A stretch of DNA of 64,000 nucleotides from an uncultured Gemmatimonadaceae bacterium (GCA_963817955.1 CAWFQK010000007.1:1-64000), one strand, 5' to 3'. Counted from the stretch's first letter, positions 45,876 through 57,429 are shown. The notes: generated by a model not told the origin, from the sequence alone. Program-made: numbers and translations.

Positions 45876-48800
45876 TTACGGTGCTCTGTAGTACCGCAAG
45901 CCGCTCATCCCGCGCCTGAAACCGGCGGCGCGAAACGCATCGAGATGCCGACTCGTGCTCGCCGGCCGACCGTCGATGATCTCGATGGCAAGGTCTCGCG
46001 TCGTCCGCGCGCTCAGGTGCTGTACCAACGATTGCGCGGCGCGCGCAACGTCTGCATCGGACGTGTCCGGACGGACGGCGATGCGGGTGCCTCGCGTTTC
46101 GGCGATCATGACGACGGTGCCGTTGATCGTGACAAGTAGCGCACCGCGGCTGTGCGGCCGCACGAATGCATCGCGCGCCGCGTCCTGCGGCATTGGGAGG
46201 GGGTAGACGTTCGCTGGATCTGCAGCCGACAGGACGATTGGCGCCGCGTCGGCCGCGTCGGTCGCCCGCAGCAACTCGATCGCCTCTGGAAGCGCGAACT
46301 GGGCGCCGGATAATCCGCGCACGAAGTATCCTCGACGCACGTCGCCGCGAAACTCGAGCCGCTTGAGCTCCCGGTAGATCGCGCGCCAGCCGATCGCCGG
46401 ACGCTCGCGCCGCCAGATCTCGCGTGAGACAATGCCATATCGATCGAGCCACTGGCGGGCAATCATCTCTCCCCACACGCTCTCATCCGCTTGTGGGCCC
46501 ATCACTCGCGGGGCGCGGACCAGCGACCATCGGCCCGGCCAGTGTGCGGCGTCGGCGCCTTCTCTTTCCGGCCGCTTCCACTTTGGCAGTCGGCGGAGAT
46601 TCGGTCGGCGTTGCACCACGTGCCGGTCGCCCGACGGTGTGAAGTCGGCGGGTAGCCAACGAGTTGGATCGGGCTGATTGTGATCGCGAGATGTCACCGT
46701 CGGTCGCCAGCGAACGACGAGCCGGAGCGCATCCACCGTGTCGTTGGTCGCGAGTCCGGCGCCCGCAAGCTCGCGCAACGCATCTCGCAGATCGCGCGCG
46801 GTGAGGGTGGTGCTGGCGAGCAACTCGTCGAAGAACGACGCACCAGCGGTCTGAAGTGTGTCGGCCACACGCTGCGCGTGTTCGCTCAGCGACGGTGTGT
46901 CCGCCGTATTGATCCAGGCGCGCGCCGTCCCACGCTTCACGAAACGAACGGTGGACAGGGTTCCCGGCTCGTCCACTGCGCGCGTGTTACCGCCAATCCA
47001 TACGAGCTCGCCGAGCGCCATCATCCTTGAAATCACATCGCCGTCGTAGGCGTCGACGCGAGACGGTAGAATCTCTCGCTCCCAGTGTTCGGCAGGGCGG
47101 GCGAGCCCGTACATCTGTCGAACGACAGTCATGGTGCCCTCGTCGCCACTGAGTCTGGTGCGCGGAGCGAGGTGCTGCCAGTGCTCGAGGAACAGTGAAA
47201 AGCGGCTGAGCTCTACTGCCTCTATTTGCTTGCGTGCCTGTGCGAGCTCGCGCCGACGTGCTTGCTCCAGCAGCCTCCGAGTACACCAGCGGGCCGTACT
47301 CGTGTCACCGCCGAATGCGCCGCGCACTAGCTTGCCGGTGCGTGTCCATTCCTCGAGACGGTCGTGCACCCATTCGGCATCGAAGGCATAACGCGTCAGC
47401 ACATCTTCGAGTGATATTGCACCGGCGAGCGACACGAATTTCACCAGCAACTCGCGCCGCGCAGCGGTTGCCGTAAGCGCCGACTGCCGAAGCGCCTCTG
47501 GCACGGCCAGATTCGCCGGGCGAGGCTCGAGCGCCGATCCGACGAAGACGCTGGACGTGGCGCCCTCCCCGAATGCGGCGCAGTAGCGGCCGTACGTCTC
47601 GGTGAGGATGAGCCGACGTTCCGTTCCGCCCCCGCCAACCGGGATGTCGATGCCCACGACGCGGCCGCGCTCGAGGAGTTCGTGCATCGGATCGCCGCGA
47701 CGTCCGTCTTCGATTGACGCAACACGCTCGTGCAACTCCTCTGGCGTGAGATCGGACGCCCGATCGAGCAGCGCCGCGAGCTCGTCGGCGGTGCGCGCCC
47801 GTGAGCCCGGGGCGGTGCCTCGTCGCCGCGCGAGAATTGCATCGAGCATGACGAGCGTCGAGTCATCCGCACCTTCACCGCCCATCAGTTCATCGAGCAG
47901 CGCGCGGTCGAGCGAGAGCAACGCCGCGCGCTGCTCGGCGCGCGGGGCGTCGTCGGCGTACATCCAGTCCATCACGAAGCCGAACTGGAGCGATGCGGCG
48001 AAGGGCGACGGCACGTCCATCTCGACGGAACGCAGCGAGATGTTGCCGGTCGCGAGATCGTTGAGCACACGTGTGAGCGCGGGCAGGTCAAAGGCGTCCT
48101 GCAAGACGTCGCGGTAGGTCTCTACCAGAATTGGAAAGGACGGGAATTCCTGCACGGCCTGCAGCAAGTCGGCCGCTTTCAGTCGCTGCAACCAGAGTGG
48201 CATGCGCCGGCGCGGATTACCGCGCGGCAGGAGCAGGGCGCGCGCGGCGTTCATACGGAAGCGCGCGCCGAATAGCGACGAGGTTCCGATTTCGGCGATC
48301 ACCCGTCGCTGCGCGTCGTCAGCGCTCATGTCGCGCAGCACTGCCACCGGCAGCCACTCGCGCAAGTTGGGCAACCGCAGCATGATGCCGTCGTCGGTCG
48401 TCTGGACCTGGATCTCAAAGGTTCGCGCACCCTGGCCGCCCAGCCACTCGCGCACACGGTTCGCCAACGCCATTCCCCAGGGCGCATTCACGCGGCCGCC
48501 GAACGGCGCGTGGATCACAACGCGAAGGGAATCACTCTCGTCGCGGAACTGCTCCACGACGATCGCGCGCTCATCGGGCACCGTCCCCGTAGCGGCGCGC
48601 TGCTGATGCACGTATTCGACGAGCGATCCCGTGGTGGCTTCGTCGGCGTGATACGTATGTGCCAGCACGGTGATCTGCTCGGTCGTTCGCACGGCATCGA
48701 GCTCGCGCCGCAGCTCGCCAATGCGCTGCGCCAAGTGCGCCGACCGCGCCGAATACTCGCCATGCCAGAAAGGCATGCGTGCTGGTGCGCCGGGCGCCGG

Positions 48801-50439
48801 CGTCACGATGACGCGATCGTGCTCGATCGCGTTGACCCGCCAGGTGGAGGATCCCAGTTGAAATACATCGCCCACGCGCGTCTCGTGCACGAACTCTTCA
48901 TCGAGTTCGCCGAGGCGCGTGCGGTCGGGCAGATTGACCGTGTAGAGCCCGCGATCGGGAATCGTTCCGCCGGACATGATAGCGACCATGCGCGCGCCAC
49001 GCGCCGCGAGCAGCATATCGGTGATACGGTCCCAGTGCAGTCGCGCGTCGAGCTCGGCCGCGACATCAGATAGGATATTTGCCGGCGAGCATCGACAAGA
49101 CTTCGTCGAACGCGCCGCGCGAGAGCTCGTGATACGGGTACGCCAAGCGCACCATGTCGAACAATGCGGCGCTCGTCCAATCGTCGTCCGCGGCGACGAT
49201 CGCGACGATCACCTGGGCCAGGACATCGAGTGCGTTCTGTACGATTCGCGTCGGCTCCACGTCGCCCTCGTGCATGGCGCGCACGACGGCAAGCAACTCC
49301 ATGGCGTCGTCGCGAAACGTGGGTACGAACACACCGCGACTCACGGCATCGAGTGAGTGGCCGGCGCGCCCGACGCGCTGTAGTCCGTTCGCGACGCGTT
49401 TGGGCGACTGCAGTTGGAGTACGAGATCAACGGACCCAATATCGATCCCCAACTCGAGAGAGCTCGTGCTGACGAGTGCGCGCACGCTACCGGCCTTGAG
49501 TGACTGCTCGAGCATCAGACGCCGCTCGCGCGATAGCGATCCGTGATACGGCAGCGCGAGCTCCTCGCCTGCCAGCGCGTTGATGCGCGCCGCCACTTTT
49601 TCGGCCTGCGCGCGATTGTTGACGAATACGAGCGTCGTGCGGGCACTGCGCATCTGCCGCAGCACCAGCGGCGTAATCGACGACCAGATGGTACTGCCGA
49701 CGTGCGCCAGATCTTCCACAGGCGACTGGACGGAGATCTCGACCTGTTTCACGAGCCCGCAGTCGACACTGCGGCAGGGGCGGGCACCGCCGGCGAGAAA
49801 GCGGGCAATTTCGTCCAGCGGCTTCTGTGTAGCTGACAACCCAATGCGCTGCGGCGATTGCTGGCACAGGCGCTCGAGCCGCTCGAGCGTGAGCGCGAGG
49901 TGCGCGCCGCGCTTCGTTCCGGCAATCGCGTGAATTTCGTCCACGATCACCGCCCGCACGCCGCTGAACATGCCGCGGCCGCGCAGCGTCGTCAGCATGA
50001 TGTGCAACGACTCCGGGGTAGTGATCAGGATGTGCGGCGACTTGCGAATCATTCGTGCGCGCGCTGACGCCGGCGTGTCGCCCGTACGCACGGCGACACG
50101 AATATCAGGAAATGCCTGGCCCGCTTGGGCAAAGCGCTCGCGCAGTTCAGCGAGCGGCCGCTCGAGATTGCGCTGCATGTCGTTGTTCAGCGCCTTGAGC
50201 GGCGACACGTACAGGATGTGAACGGCATTGCCGAGTGGCGCGCGCAGCCCGTCGACAATGAGCTGGTTCAGCTCCCAGAGAAACGCGGCGAGTGTCTTGC
50301 CCGTGCCGGTCGGCGCCAGGATGAGTGTATGCTCACCAGTCGCGATTGCCGGCCATCCCTCGCGCTGCGGCGGACTTGGCGCACCGAGCGTGTCGCGGAA
50401 CCAGGCGCGAACGAGCGGGTGAAATTGGCGGAGGGACAC
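45876..50439 (-). pseudogene. lhr: Large Lhr-family SF2 helicase interrupted by a single-base frameshift near 49071
   Basis: APTGTGKT, SPLKAL, DEIH, LSAT, QRVGRAGH in 49066-50439; GTIPD, WHG, RGYFV in 45876-49070; removing one base restores KYPSDVAAELDARLHWDR and a ~1520-aa ORF. Confidence 0.85.
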
Positions 50440-50464
50440 GCGATGGCTGGAGGCTCGCGTATCC

Positions 50465-51364
50465 CTAGCTCATCACGATCGGCTGCGAGAGCGTGATCCT
50501 CATTGGGGCGCCAGCGGGTAGGCAGGCCTCCCACTTCTCCCCCGATTTCGCGACGGCGGCACCGGCCGCGGCACCGGCGGCAGCCCCGATGACCGTTCCT
50601 TTCGTATTGTGACCGATCATCTGGCCGAGGATCGCCCCAGCGATCGCGCCGCCGATCACCTTTTTCTTGTCAGCGTTCGGATCGACGTTTGCCACCTTCG
50701 CGCGATCGAGTGGTGCGAGTGGCTCGACGTTGCCGGCAGCGTCGTAGGTCCTGTCGTTCACCACCACAGCACGCACGCGGAAGGTGATCTGCGCGGCCTG
50801 CCCGTTGTCGCCTGGATTCACCGACGCAACCTCGAGTACGACATTCGAGCCGGCGGGAATGACCGCGCCGTTGGCGCCCGTCACAGACTCATTCACGGTT
50901 GCCACGAGCTTGTCGCCCGGCAGGTTCGTATTCGTACACACCTTCGATCCGCTCGTCAGGGCGAAGCCGGTGCCGGCACCGATCTCCCCGTGCGCAACCG
51001 TGGCAGCGGGGCCTTGCGAGACCGGAGTGGGTGCTGGCATTGGCGAAACAGATGGATGTGGCGCGGGCCTCTGAGCGACACGCGGTGCTTCGCGCCTCGG
51101 TGCCTGAGTGCGCGCGCGAACCGGTGCGGGAGTCTCCCGGTGTGCACGGCCGGTCGGCGTCGGCGTCGGCGCCGGCGCGATTGCCGTGTCCTGGAACGTG
51201 GGCTGTTGCGTCTGGGTGCCGGCGAGCGCGAGATCGCGCGCAAGCGAGGAGTCCGTATCCGCGGACTTGGACCTGTCGCTGCACGCTGCTGCGGCGACGA
51301 GTACGGCACCTGCCGACCACGCGCGTAGCGCACGCGTACGCGCCAGCTTGGTCGTCGAGATCAT
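50465..51364 (-). CDS. Hypothetical lipoprotein with Pro-rich linker and glycine-zipper C-terminus
   Basis: Lipobox AAA-C; GGAIAGAILG...GAAAGAAAG. Confidence 0.75.
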   Translation of the reverse strand: MISTTKLARTRALRAWSAGAVLVAAAACSDRSKSADTDSSLARDLALAGTQTQQPTFQDTAIAPAPTPTPTGRAHRETPAPVRARTQAPRREAPRVAQRPAPHPSVSPMPAPTPVSQGPAATVAHGEIGAGTGFALTSGSKVCTNTNLPGDKLVATVNESVTGANGAVIPAGSNVVLEVASVNPGDNGQAAQITFRVRAVVVNDRTYDAAGNVEPLAPLDRAKVANVDPNADKKKVIGGAIAGAILGQMIGHNTKGTVIGAAAGAAAGAAVAKSGEKWEACLPAGAPMRITLSQPIVMS

Positions 51365-51469
51365 GAGAAGCTCCGGATTAGTAGGCGACGCCTATACCCC
51401 GCCGAAACGGTCGAGTTTCGGTAATACTGCGTTGTCAAAGGAGTGGGGAAAGCGGCGGAATCGCGTCGC

Positions 51470-52222
51470 TCAGTCCGCCAGCCTCATACCATGGGTGCCG
51501 CCGGCGTCATCGTTCAGAGCGCAGAAACTGTAGGGTGCGCGCGGCCCAATGACCAGGAAACGGGAATCACGGTTTGGCACCACGCCGGAGACCGCCTGTC
51601 GGTACCGTTCCACATCGGCGCGCCGAATGAGGTGTGATATGGTGCGGAGCGGCAGTGGGGTCACCTTTTCGTGAAGCGCTGACCTGCAGACGAAGGCACG
51701 CGTCGCATGCGCCAGTCGCGCCGCCAACTCCCCGGTCGTGGTGCTGACCGCTCCGGTCGATGCCTCTCGCGATCGCAGCGTTTCAACGTACCGGCGCCCG
51801 CCGCCCGGCCGGTCTGGCTTGACCATCTCGACAAGCACCGGCTCCAGATCGGCGAGCATCCTGTGGGTGGACGGAGTGATGAGCAAAGTCATTTCGACGA
51901 ACCCTTGCATGTTCGCGAGCAGCGACTCCACCGAGGCCGCGCGGCTGACAATCGCTGCACGGCAGGCGTCATCGTCGAGGAAGCGCTGTCCGAACCGCGC
52001 CGGTACCGGTGTGGAGCCGGTTTCGAGCGCAGCTTCGACGACCGCGTCGTGCGCGCTCACGCCATCAACCGATAGCGGAATTTCGCGCGCGATGTCGCTC
52101 ACCCATGCGACGAGACTGTCGACGGGCAGGGCGCGAACCCGTTCGCCCTCCACGCCACTCAGTCCCAGTGGGATGGCGCCCCGCACCTCGTGCGGCAATA
52201 CGCAGTACAAATGTGTGCTCAT
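51470..52222 (-). CDS. GvpL/GvpF family protein
   Basis: HLYCV, AHDAVVE, PVPARFG, C-terminal GPRAPYSF. Confidence 0.8.
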   Translation of the reverse strand: MSTHLYCVLPHEVRGAIPLGLSGVEGERVRALPVDSLVAWVSDIAREIPLSVDGVSAHDAVVEAALETGSTPVPARFGQRFLDDDACRAAIVSRAASVESLLANMQGFVEMTLLITPSTHRMLADLEPVLVEMVKPDRPGGGRRYVETLRSREASTGAVSTTTGELAARLAHATRAFVCRSALHEKVTPLPLRTISHLIRRADVERYRQAVSGVVPNRDSRFLVIGPRAPYSFCALNDDAGGTHGMRLAD

Positions 52223-52323
52223 CACGGCTCCGCTGACTTCCTCTGCGCAAACCTGTCGCGCGGCGCTCTCCGGTGGAAGAGGGACGGCATACATCGTACC
52301 CGGGATAGTGTCCCGTGTCCGCG

Positions 52324-53004
52324 TTATGCGAAGACGCGCTTGCGCGATACGGCGGGCCAGAGCTCCGTCTGCGGCAGCTCGCCCTCGAGCTGCAGCCGCA
52401 CGCGGCCGGCGATTTCCTCGATCGCGTCGGAATCCGTCACCAGGTCGTAATCGCGGACGTCCAGCCAGAGTACCGGGCAATTCCGAAATTCGCCGATCCA
52501 TCGCTCGTATCGTGCGTGGAGCGCAGACCAATAGTCGATCGCCGCATCCTTTTCCTTCGGGCGCCCGCGTGTGTGGATCCGTTCGACGATCACCTGGAGC
52601 GGCCCATAGAGGTAAATGAGCAGTCGCGGTGGGCGTGCAGCTGGCGAGTGAAGCAGTTCAGCATATAGCTGACGATAGAGCGTCCACTCGTGGGAGCTCA
52701 TGAGCCCTTGCTCGAATAGGCCGCGCGCGAAGATCTCGGCATCTTCGTACCAGGTGCGGTCGAGAATCCAGCTTCCACCAAGTCCGCGCATCCGTCGCAT
52801 GCTCGCGAAGCGCGTCGCAAGGAAGTGCAGCTGCAGTTGCAGCGCATAGGCGCGCATCTCATCGGGGCCGCCGTAGAAGCTCTCGAGCCACGGGTTCTCA
52901 GCGTCCACGCTTTCCAGGGCCATCTGGAGTCCAAAGCGCGCCGCAAGTGCGCGAGTGAGCGTGGTTTTCCCCGTCCCGACCATTCCTGCGACGCCAATCA
53001 ACAT
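52324..53004 (-). CDS. Deoxynucleoside kinase family protein
   Basis: GMVGTGKTT P-loop, NPWLESFY, LDRTWYED, RIHTRGR. Confidence 0.9.
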   Translation of the reverse strand: MLIGVAGMVGTGKTTLTRALAARFGLQMALESVDAENPWLESFYGGPDEMRAYALQLQLHFLATRFASMRRMRGLGGSWILDRTWYEDAEIFARGLFEQGLMSSHEWTLYRQLYAELLHSPAARPPRLLIYLYGPLQVIVERIHTRGRPKEKDAAIDYWSALHARYERWIGEFRNCPVLWLDVRDYDLVTDSDAIEEIAGRVRLQLEGELPQTELWPAVSRKRVFA

Positions 53005-53053
53005 GTTACACAAGCTAAAAAACGTGCGCCGCGCGGCAATAGTTACTCCGGAG

Positions 53054-53560
53054 TCAGGACACGTTCACGAGCGCCACACCGGCGAGCGTGATCACAAACC
53101 AAAATCCGAGGCTGGTGACCGCCGTACGATGTAGCGTAGCCCATGCGGGCGCGCTCTCCCCGGCGTCGCGCTTGAGTGCCGACTCGGCGCGGGTCATCAC
53201 GACCCCATTAATGAGAAGCAGCGCCACGAGCACCATCTTCACCCAGAAGACCCACGAACCGAAGAACGTCTCTACGTCCGCGGCGAGCATGGCGACGCCG
53301 CTGATCATGACGACGGTGAGGCCGGTGAGCACCCAGCGATGCACCGTGCCAAGCTCTTCGACGAAGTGCTGCTTACCTTCTGCGGCCAGGCGCAGCGCGC
53401 GCACGGTGGAGCGATCAGCCGCGATCGCGAGCCCGCCAGCGAGCAGCAACCCGCCGATGTGCAAGAAGGTGACGATCGTCTCAGCCACTTTCGAATGGCT
53501 GTAGAAGTCTGCCCACGGCTTGAGCAGGGTAACGAGCGATTCCGGGGGTGCGATGATCAT
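53054..53560 (-). CDS. Four-TM membrane protein of unknown function
   Basis: Four hydrophobic helices, LHIGG and FWVKM motifs; start uncertain. Confidence 0.7.
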   Translation of the reverse strand: MIIAPPESLVTLLKPWADFYSHSKVAETIVTFLHIGGLLLAGGLAIAADRSTVRALRLAAEGKQHFVEELGTVHRWVLTGLTVVMISGVAMLAADVETFFGSWVFWVKMVLVALLLINGVVMTRAESALKRDAGESAPAWATLHRTAVTSLGFWFVITLAGVALVNVS

Positions 53561-53610
53561 TTCGATTAAATGGGTTCCAGAGTGTGGCGCGACTAAATTG
53601 CCGGGATTGG

Positions 53611-53637
53611 TCGAGGGGGCACCAATGTGACCGATAA
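53611..53637 (+). promoter_or_regulatory. Putative sigma28 promoter
   Basis: TCGA-N15-ACCGATAA upstream of the EAL-HDOD gene. Confidence 0.4.
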
Positions 53638-53759
53638 TCAGACACACGTCTTCCGTTACGACCACGACGCATATATAAACTGCTCCATCAAATGCTTCCC
53701 GTCGACTGCCTATCTGTCCGCCCGCGGTTCTGCGCCGGCCCATCGAGCGGATTCCTTTC

Positions 53760-54977
53760 GTGAGTAGCATCTATGTCGCGCGCCAGCCGATCTTTGAGCT
53801 GGGCCGCGGCCTCTTTGGCTACGAGCTGCTCTACCGGCGCAACGGGTCGATCGAGCACGCCGACGGCGACAGCGACCACATGTCCGCGGAAGTCATCGTC
53901 GCGTCCATGCTCGGCATCGGGTTGCGCACGATCACGGGCGCGGGATTGGCGTTCATCAATTTCTCCGACGAGCAGCTCTTGAATCAGAGCTGGGAGCTAT
54001 TCGATCCCGGCAGCGTGGTCATCGAACTGCTCGAGCACGTCGAGTGCAATGCGGAGACGGTTGCCGCCTGTGAGTGTATGGTCCGGGCAGGCTATCGCCT
54101 AGCCCTGGACGATTACGTGTTCGATGAAGCAAGACGGCCGCTACTCGCCCTCGCTTCCATTGTGAAAGTGGATGTGCTCGACCGCTCTACCGGCGACATC
54201 CAGGAAATCGCGCGCCAGCTCCGTCCAAGCGGCGTGCGCTTGCTTGCCGAACGCGTCGAGACCGCGGCCGTGCGCGACGTCTGCGCCGCCGCGGGATTCG
54301 AGTTGTTCCAGGGCTACCTGTTCAGCCGGCCCGAGACACTCGCCAAAACGGATGTGTCGGCCGGGCAGTTGGCGACCATGCGGCTGCTCAATCTGCTACA
54401 GGATCCTGACGCGACCGACGTTGCGCTCGATTTGGCGTTCCAGAGTGATCTGGCGTTGAGCTACAAGCTGCTTCGAATTGTCAACGCTGCCGCGATGGGC
54501 GGGCGGGGAATCACGTCCATTCCCCACGCCGTGCGTCTGATCGGACGTCAGACGCTGCACCGGTGGCTTTCGGTCATCCTCGTGGCGTCGCTCGGACGCC
54601 CGGGCGACGTTTCGCACGAAATGGCGCTCACCGCGATCACGCGTGGGCGTATGTGCGAGTTGTTGGCGGCGAAATCCACGGACCGTGGTGCTGCAGGTTC
54701 GGCATTCATCGTTGGACTGCTATCACTGCTTGATGTCCTCCTCGAAGTGCCGATGGAGAAGATCCTGTCGCGGCTCGAGCTGAGCGAGGACATTCGTGGC
54801 GCCCTGCTCGATCGCGGCGGATCGCTCACGTCAGCGCTGCGCCTGGTCGAAGCCTACGAGAAGGCCGACTGGGCAAAGGCGAAAGGGCTCGCCGGCGAAA
54901 GGGGTGTGCCCGACGAGCTGCTACCGAATCTCTATCTCGATGCGCTGGGATGGGCGGCGCAACAGATCGCGACCTGA
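53760..54977 (+). CDS. EAL + HDOD domain protein (YuxH-like c-di-GMP signalling)
   Basis: ARQPIF, YELLYR, IELLE, LALDDY, LLAERVE, FQGYLFSRP, LSYKLLRIVN. Confidence 0.92.
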   Translation: MSSIYVARQPIFELGRGLFGYELLYRRNGSIEHADGDSDHMSAEVIVASMLGIGLRTITGAGLAFINFSDEQLLNQSWELFDPGSVVIELLEHVECNAETVAACECMVRAGYRLALDDYVFDEARRPLLALASIVKVDVLDRSTGDIQEIARQLRPSGVRLLAERVETAAVRDVCAAAGFELFQGYLFSRPETLAKTDVSAGQLATMRLLNLLQDPDATDVALDLAFQSDLALSYKLLRIVNAAAMGGRGITSIPHAVRLIGRQTLHRWLSVILVASLGRPGDVSHEMALTAITRGRMCELLAAKSTDRGAAGSAFIVGLLSLLDVLLEVPMEKILSRLELSEDIRGALLDRGGSLTSALRLVEAYEKADWAKAKGLAGERGVPDELLPNLYLDALGWAAQQIAT

Positions 54978-54983
54978 CGCCGA

Positions 54984-55811
54984 TCAGGTGCCGGCGGGCC
55001 CAGGGCTGACGACAGGTGGCTTCGGCACGGCCGGCACTTCGTCCAACTGCGTCGTGAACGGCAACATGATCGTAATACGCCGGTTGCGTGGATCGAGTGG
55101 GTTTTCCGTGTTGCGCAGCTGACGGTCCGCCAAGCCGCGCACCTCGACAATGCGAGCGTCGTCGAGCCCGGAGGCCTCGAGCACCCGGCGCGCGGCATTC
55201 GCGCGATCGGCCGACAGCTCCCAATTGCTATACTCGCCCGTATACTGCGCCGCGTCGGTATGGCCTTCGATGACGACCGGGTTTCGGAGCGGCGCGAGCT
55301 CCTGGGCTACGATCTCCAGTGTCTTCTGCATGACCGGCGTCATAGTGGACGATGCGATGGGGAAGAACTCATGGCCGCTCGCTCCTTCGGCCAGCTCGAT
55401 GCGCAGGCCCGCGCTCGTCTGCACGATCTCTATGCGATCGCCAATCGCAGAGAGCCCCGCGTCCTTGAGCCGCGACTTGATGCGTCCGCCAGTCTCAGCA
55501 AGCTCCGTGGTTTCCCGTTCGCGGGCCATGAGCTTGAACGGCGTCGTCTGCACCATGCCGGGGGACGAACCGGACGACACCGGACTCTTGCCCGCCGAGT
55601 AGCCCCTCTTGTAACCGACTGGATTCGAGAAGTAGCCCTCGATGGATTGCCTCGTGTGCTGGTCCATGCCGAGGATCCACATAACCATGAAGAACGCCAT
55701 CATGGCGGTGACGAAATCAGCATAGGCCACCTTCCACGCCCCCCCGTGCGAGCCGGCGTGGTGTCGTGGCCTCTTCTTGATGATGATTATTGGCCGATCG
55801 CCCTTCTTCAC
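54984..55811 (-). CDS. motB: Flagellar stator protein MotB
   Basis: WKVAYADFVTAMMAFF, EGHTD, NWELSADRANAAR, NRRI. Confidence 0.96.
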   Translation of the reverse strand: MKKGDRPIIIIKKRPRHHAGSHGGAWKVAYADFVTAMMAFFMVMWILGMDQHTRQSIEGYFSNPVGYKRGYSAGKSPVSSGSSPGMVQTTPFKLMARERETTELAETGGRIKSRLKDAGLSAIGDRIEIVQTSAGLRIELAEGASGHEFFPIASSTMTPVMQKTLEIVAQELAPLRNPVVIEGHTDAAQYTGEYSNWELSADRANAARRVLEASGLDDARIVEVRGLADRQLRNTENPLDPRNRRITIMLPFTTQLDEVPAVPKPPVVSPGPAGT

Positions 55812-56666
55812 TTACGCCGCCCGGCGAGTCAGCGCCTCGAGCTCGGCGAACGTCGGGCGTTCCACCGGCTCGATATTGCGCCGCGCGAATTCCACGCAGG
55901 TCATGGGTGCGTCGCCGCGAGCGAACGCCAGGAGTGCCGTCCGGATACAGCTCATGTAATCAGATTCGGCGCGGAGGCGCGCTTCGAGTGCATTGGCCAG
56001 CGGATTCACCAATCCGTACGACAGGAGAATGCCGAGGAAAGTGCCGACGAGCGCGGCCGCCACTTTCTCGCCGATTTCCGCCGCCGAGCCGCCAATTGAG
56101 CCCATGGTGATCACCACGCCCAGCACGGCGGCGACGATGCCGAAACCCGGTAGCGCGTCGCCGATCTTGGCCAGGGCTGCGGGCACGGCACGAGCTTCTT
56201 CCATCTGCCGCTCGAGATCCAAATCGAGGATCTCGGCAAGATGGTGATCTTCCACGGCGCCGGTGAGCAACACTTTGAGCGTGTCGCAAAGGAACGGCAG
56301 CGCGTGCTTGTGGTTGCTGAAGAACGCGTACTTCTTGAATATCTCGCTCTTTTCCGGCTCCTCGATGTGTGATTCGAGACCGACGAGTCCGTCCTTGCGC
56401 GCCTTTTGAAAGACGCCATACAGTACCTGCAGTAGCTCCGCGTACGCCTTTTCGGTATATGGACTAGGTTTGAGCAGACCGAGCACGCCCTTGATGCTCG
56501 CCATCACCACCGCCATCGGATTGCTGATCAGGAACGCCCCGAGCGCGGCCCCACCAATGATGATGAACTCGGACCACTGAAGCAGCACGATGATGTGTCC
56601 GTGATGCATCGTGTAGCCCATCAGAATGCTGCCGAAAACGATGACGAGTCCAACTATGACGAACAC
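55812..56666 (-). CDS. motA: Flagellar stator protein MotA
   Basis: ARKDGLVGLE, LPGFGIVAAVLG, ALVGTFLG, EFARR. Confidence 0.96.
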   Translation of the reverse strand: MFVIVGLVIVFGSILMGYTMHHGHIIVLLQWSEFIIIGGAALGAFLISNPMAVVMASIKGVLGLLKPSPYTEKAYAELLQVLYGVFQKARKDGLVGLESHIEEPEKSEIFKKYAFFSNHKHALPFLCDTLKVLLTGAVEDHHLAEILDLDLERQMEEARAVPAALAKIGDALPGFGIVAAVLGVVITMGSIGGSAAEIGEKVAAALVGTFLGILLSYGLVNPLANALEARLRAESDYMSCIRTALLAFARGDAPMTCVEFARRNIEPVERPTFAELEALTRRAA

Positions 56667-56725
56667 GAGGCGCTCGGTGAGAGGCGAAGCTACCGTCGGC
56701 GTGACGCCGGGAGATCCGAGTCAGA

Positions 56726-56753
56726 GTATCGGGCGCGTTTTGATGGACCTATA
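56726..56753 (-). promoter_or_regulatory. Putative sigma28 promoter of motAB
   Basis: Minus strand TATA-N16-CCCGATAC. Confidence 0.4.
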
Positions 56754-56769
56754 GGAAGGGAACGAAACG

Positions 56770-57429
56770 ATGCCGCAGGCAATGCCCACCTCTCCCCTCG
56801 AGGGCGTCGAGGAATGGCTGGAGCTGGTCGATCAAGCACTTCAGGGCTTGCACCATGCCCTGAATAATCGCATCGGCTCCCTATCAGCCTTGGTTGAGCT
56901 CCACCAACTCGGCGATCTGCCCAACGACGGCACAGGGTTCGACACGTTGGCCTCCGATTTAGCGCGGCTGGAGGAGTGCAACCGAATAGTGCGTCTCCTG
57001 CCCCGTGACGGGGTCAACGGTGACGAACCGTTGATCCTCGACGACGTGCTGGCTGACGTCTTTGCGATTCACCGGTTTTTGCATCAGGTGCGGGATCAGC
57101 AGGTCACAATCGTGCCGACGCGTCACCTTGAACCCGTGCGGGCGGCGCGTTGGGCGCTTGTCCGGGTGCTCACGCTGCTGCTCGCCGACGCGAAGCGGCT
57201 GGCGAAGGAGTCGTCATCCGTCGTCCGGGCAGTCACTGAATCCGACGAGGCATGGGTGCGCCTCGAGTTCCGGGTCGGAACGCCGCTGGTCGCCGATGTC
57301 CCAATGGGCCGCGGGCTTTACGCCGAACTGCTGGCCCAGTCGTTCGGAGGAACCGTATCGCGTCGCGCCGGCGTGGCCGAGCTGCGACTTCCGACGCTCA
57401 AGGCTCGTCGCGCCGCGGACCGCCAATGA
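56770..57429 (+). CDS. Degenerate histidine-kinase-fold protein
   Basis: H-box-like LHHALNNRI; ATP-binding N/G boxes eroded; no sensor or TM segment. Confidence 0.55.
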   Translation: MPQAMPTSPLEGVEEWLELVDQALQGLHHALNNRIGSLSALVELHQLGDLPNDGTGFDTLASDLARLEECNRIVRLLPRDGVNGDEPLILDDVLADVFAIHRFLHQVRDQQVTIVPTRHLEPVRAARWALVRVLTLLLADAKRLAKESSSVVRAVTESDEAWVRLEFRVGTPLVADVPMGRGLYAELLAQSFGGTVSRRAGVAELRLPTLKARRAADRQ

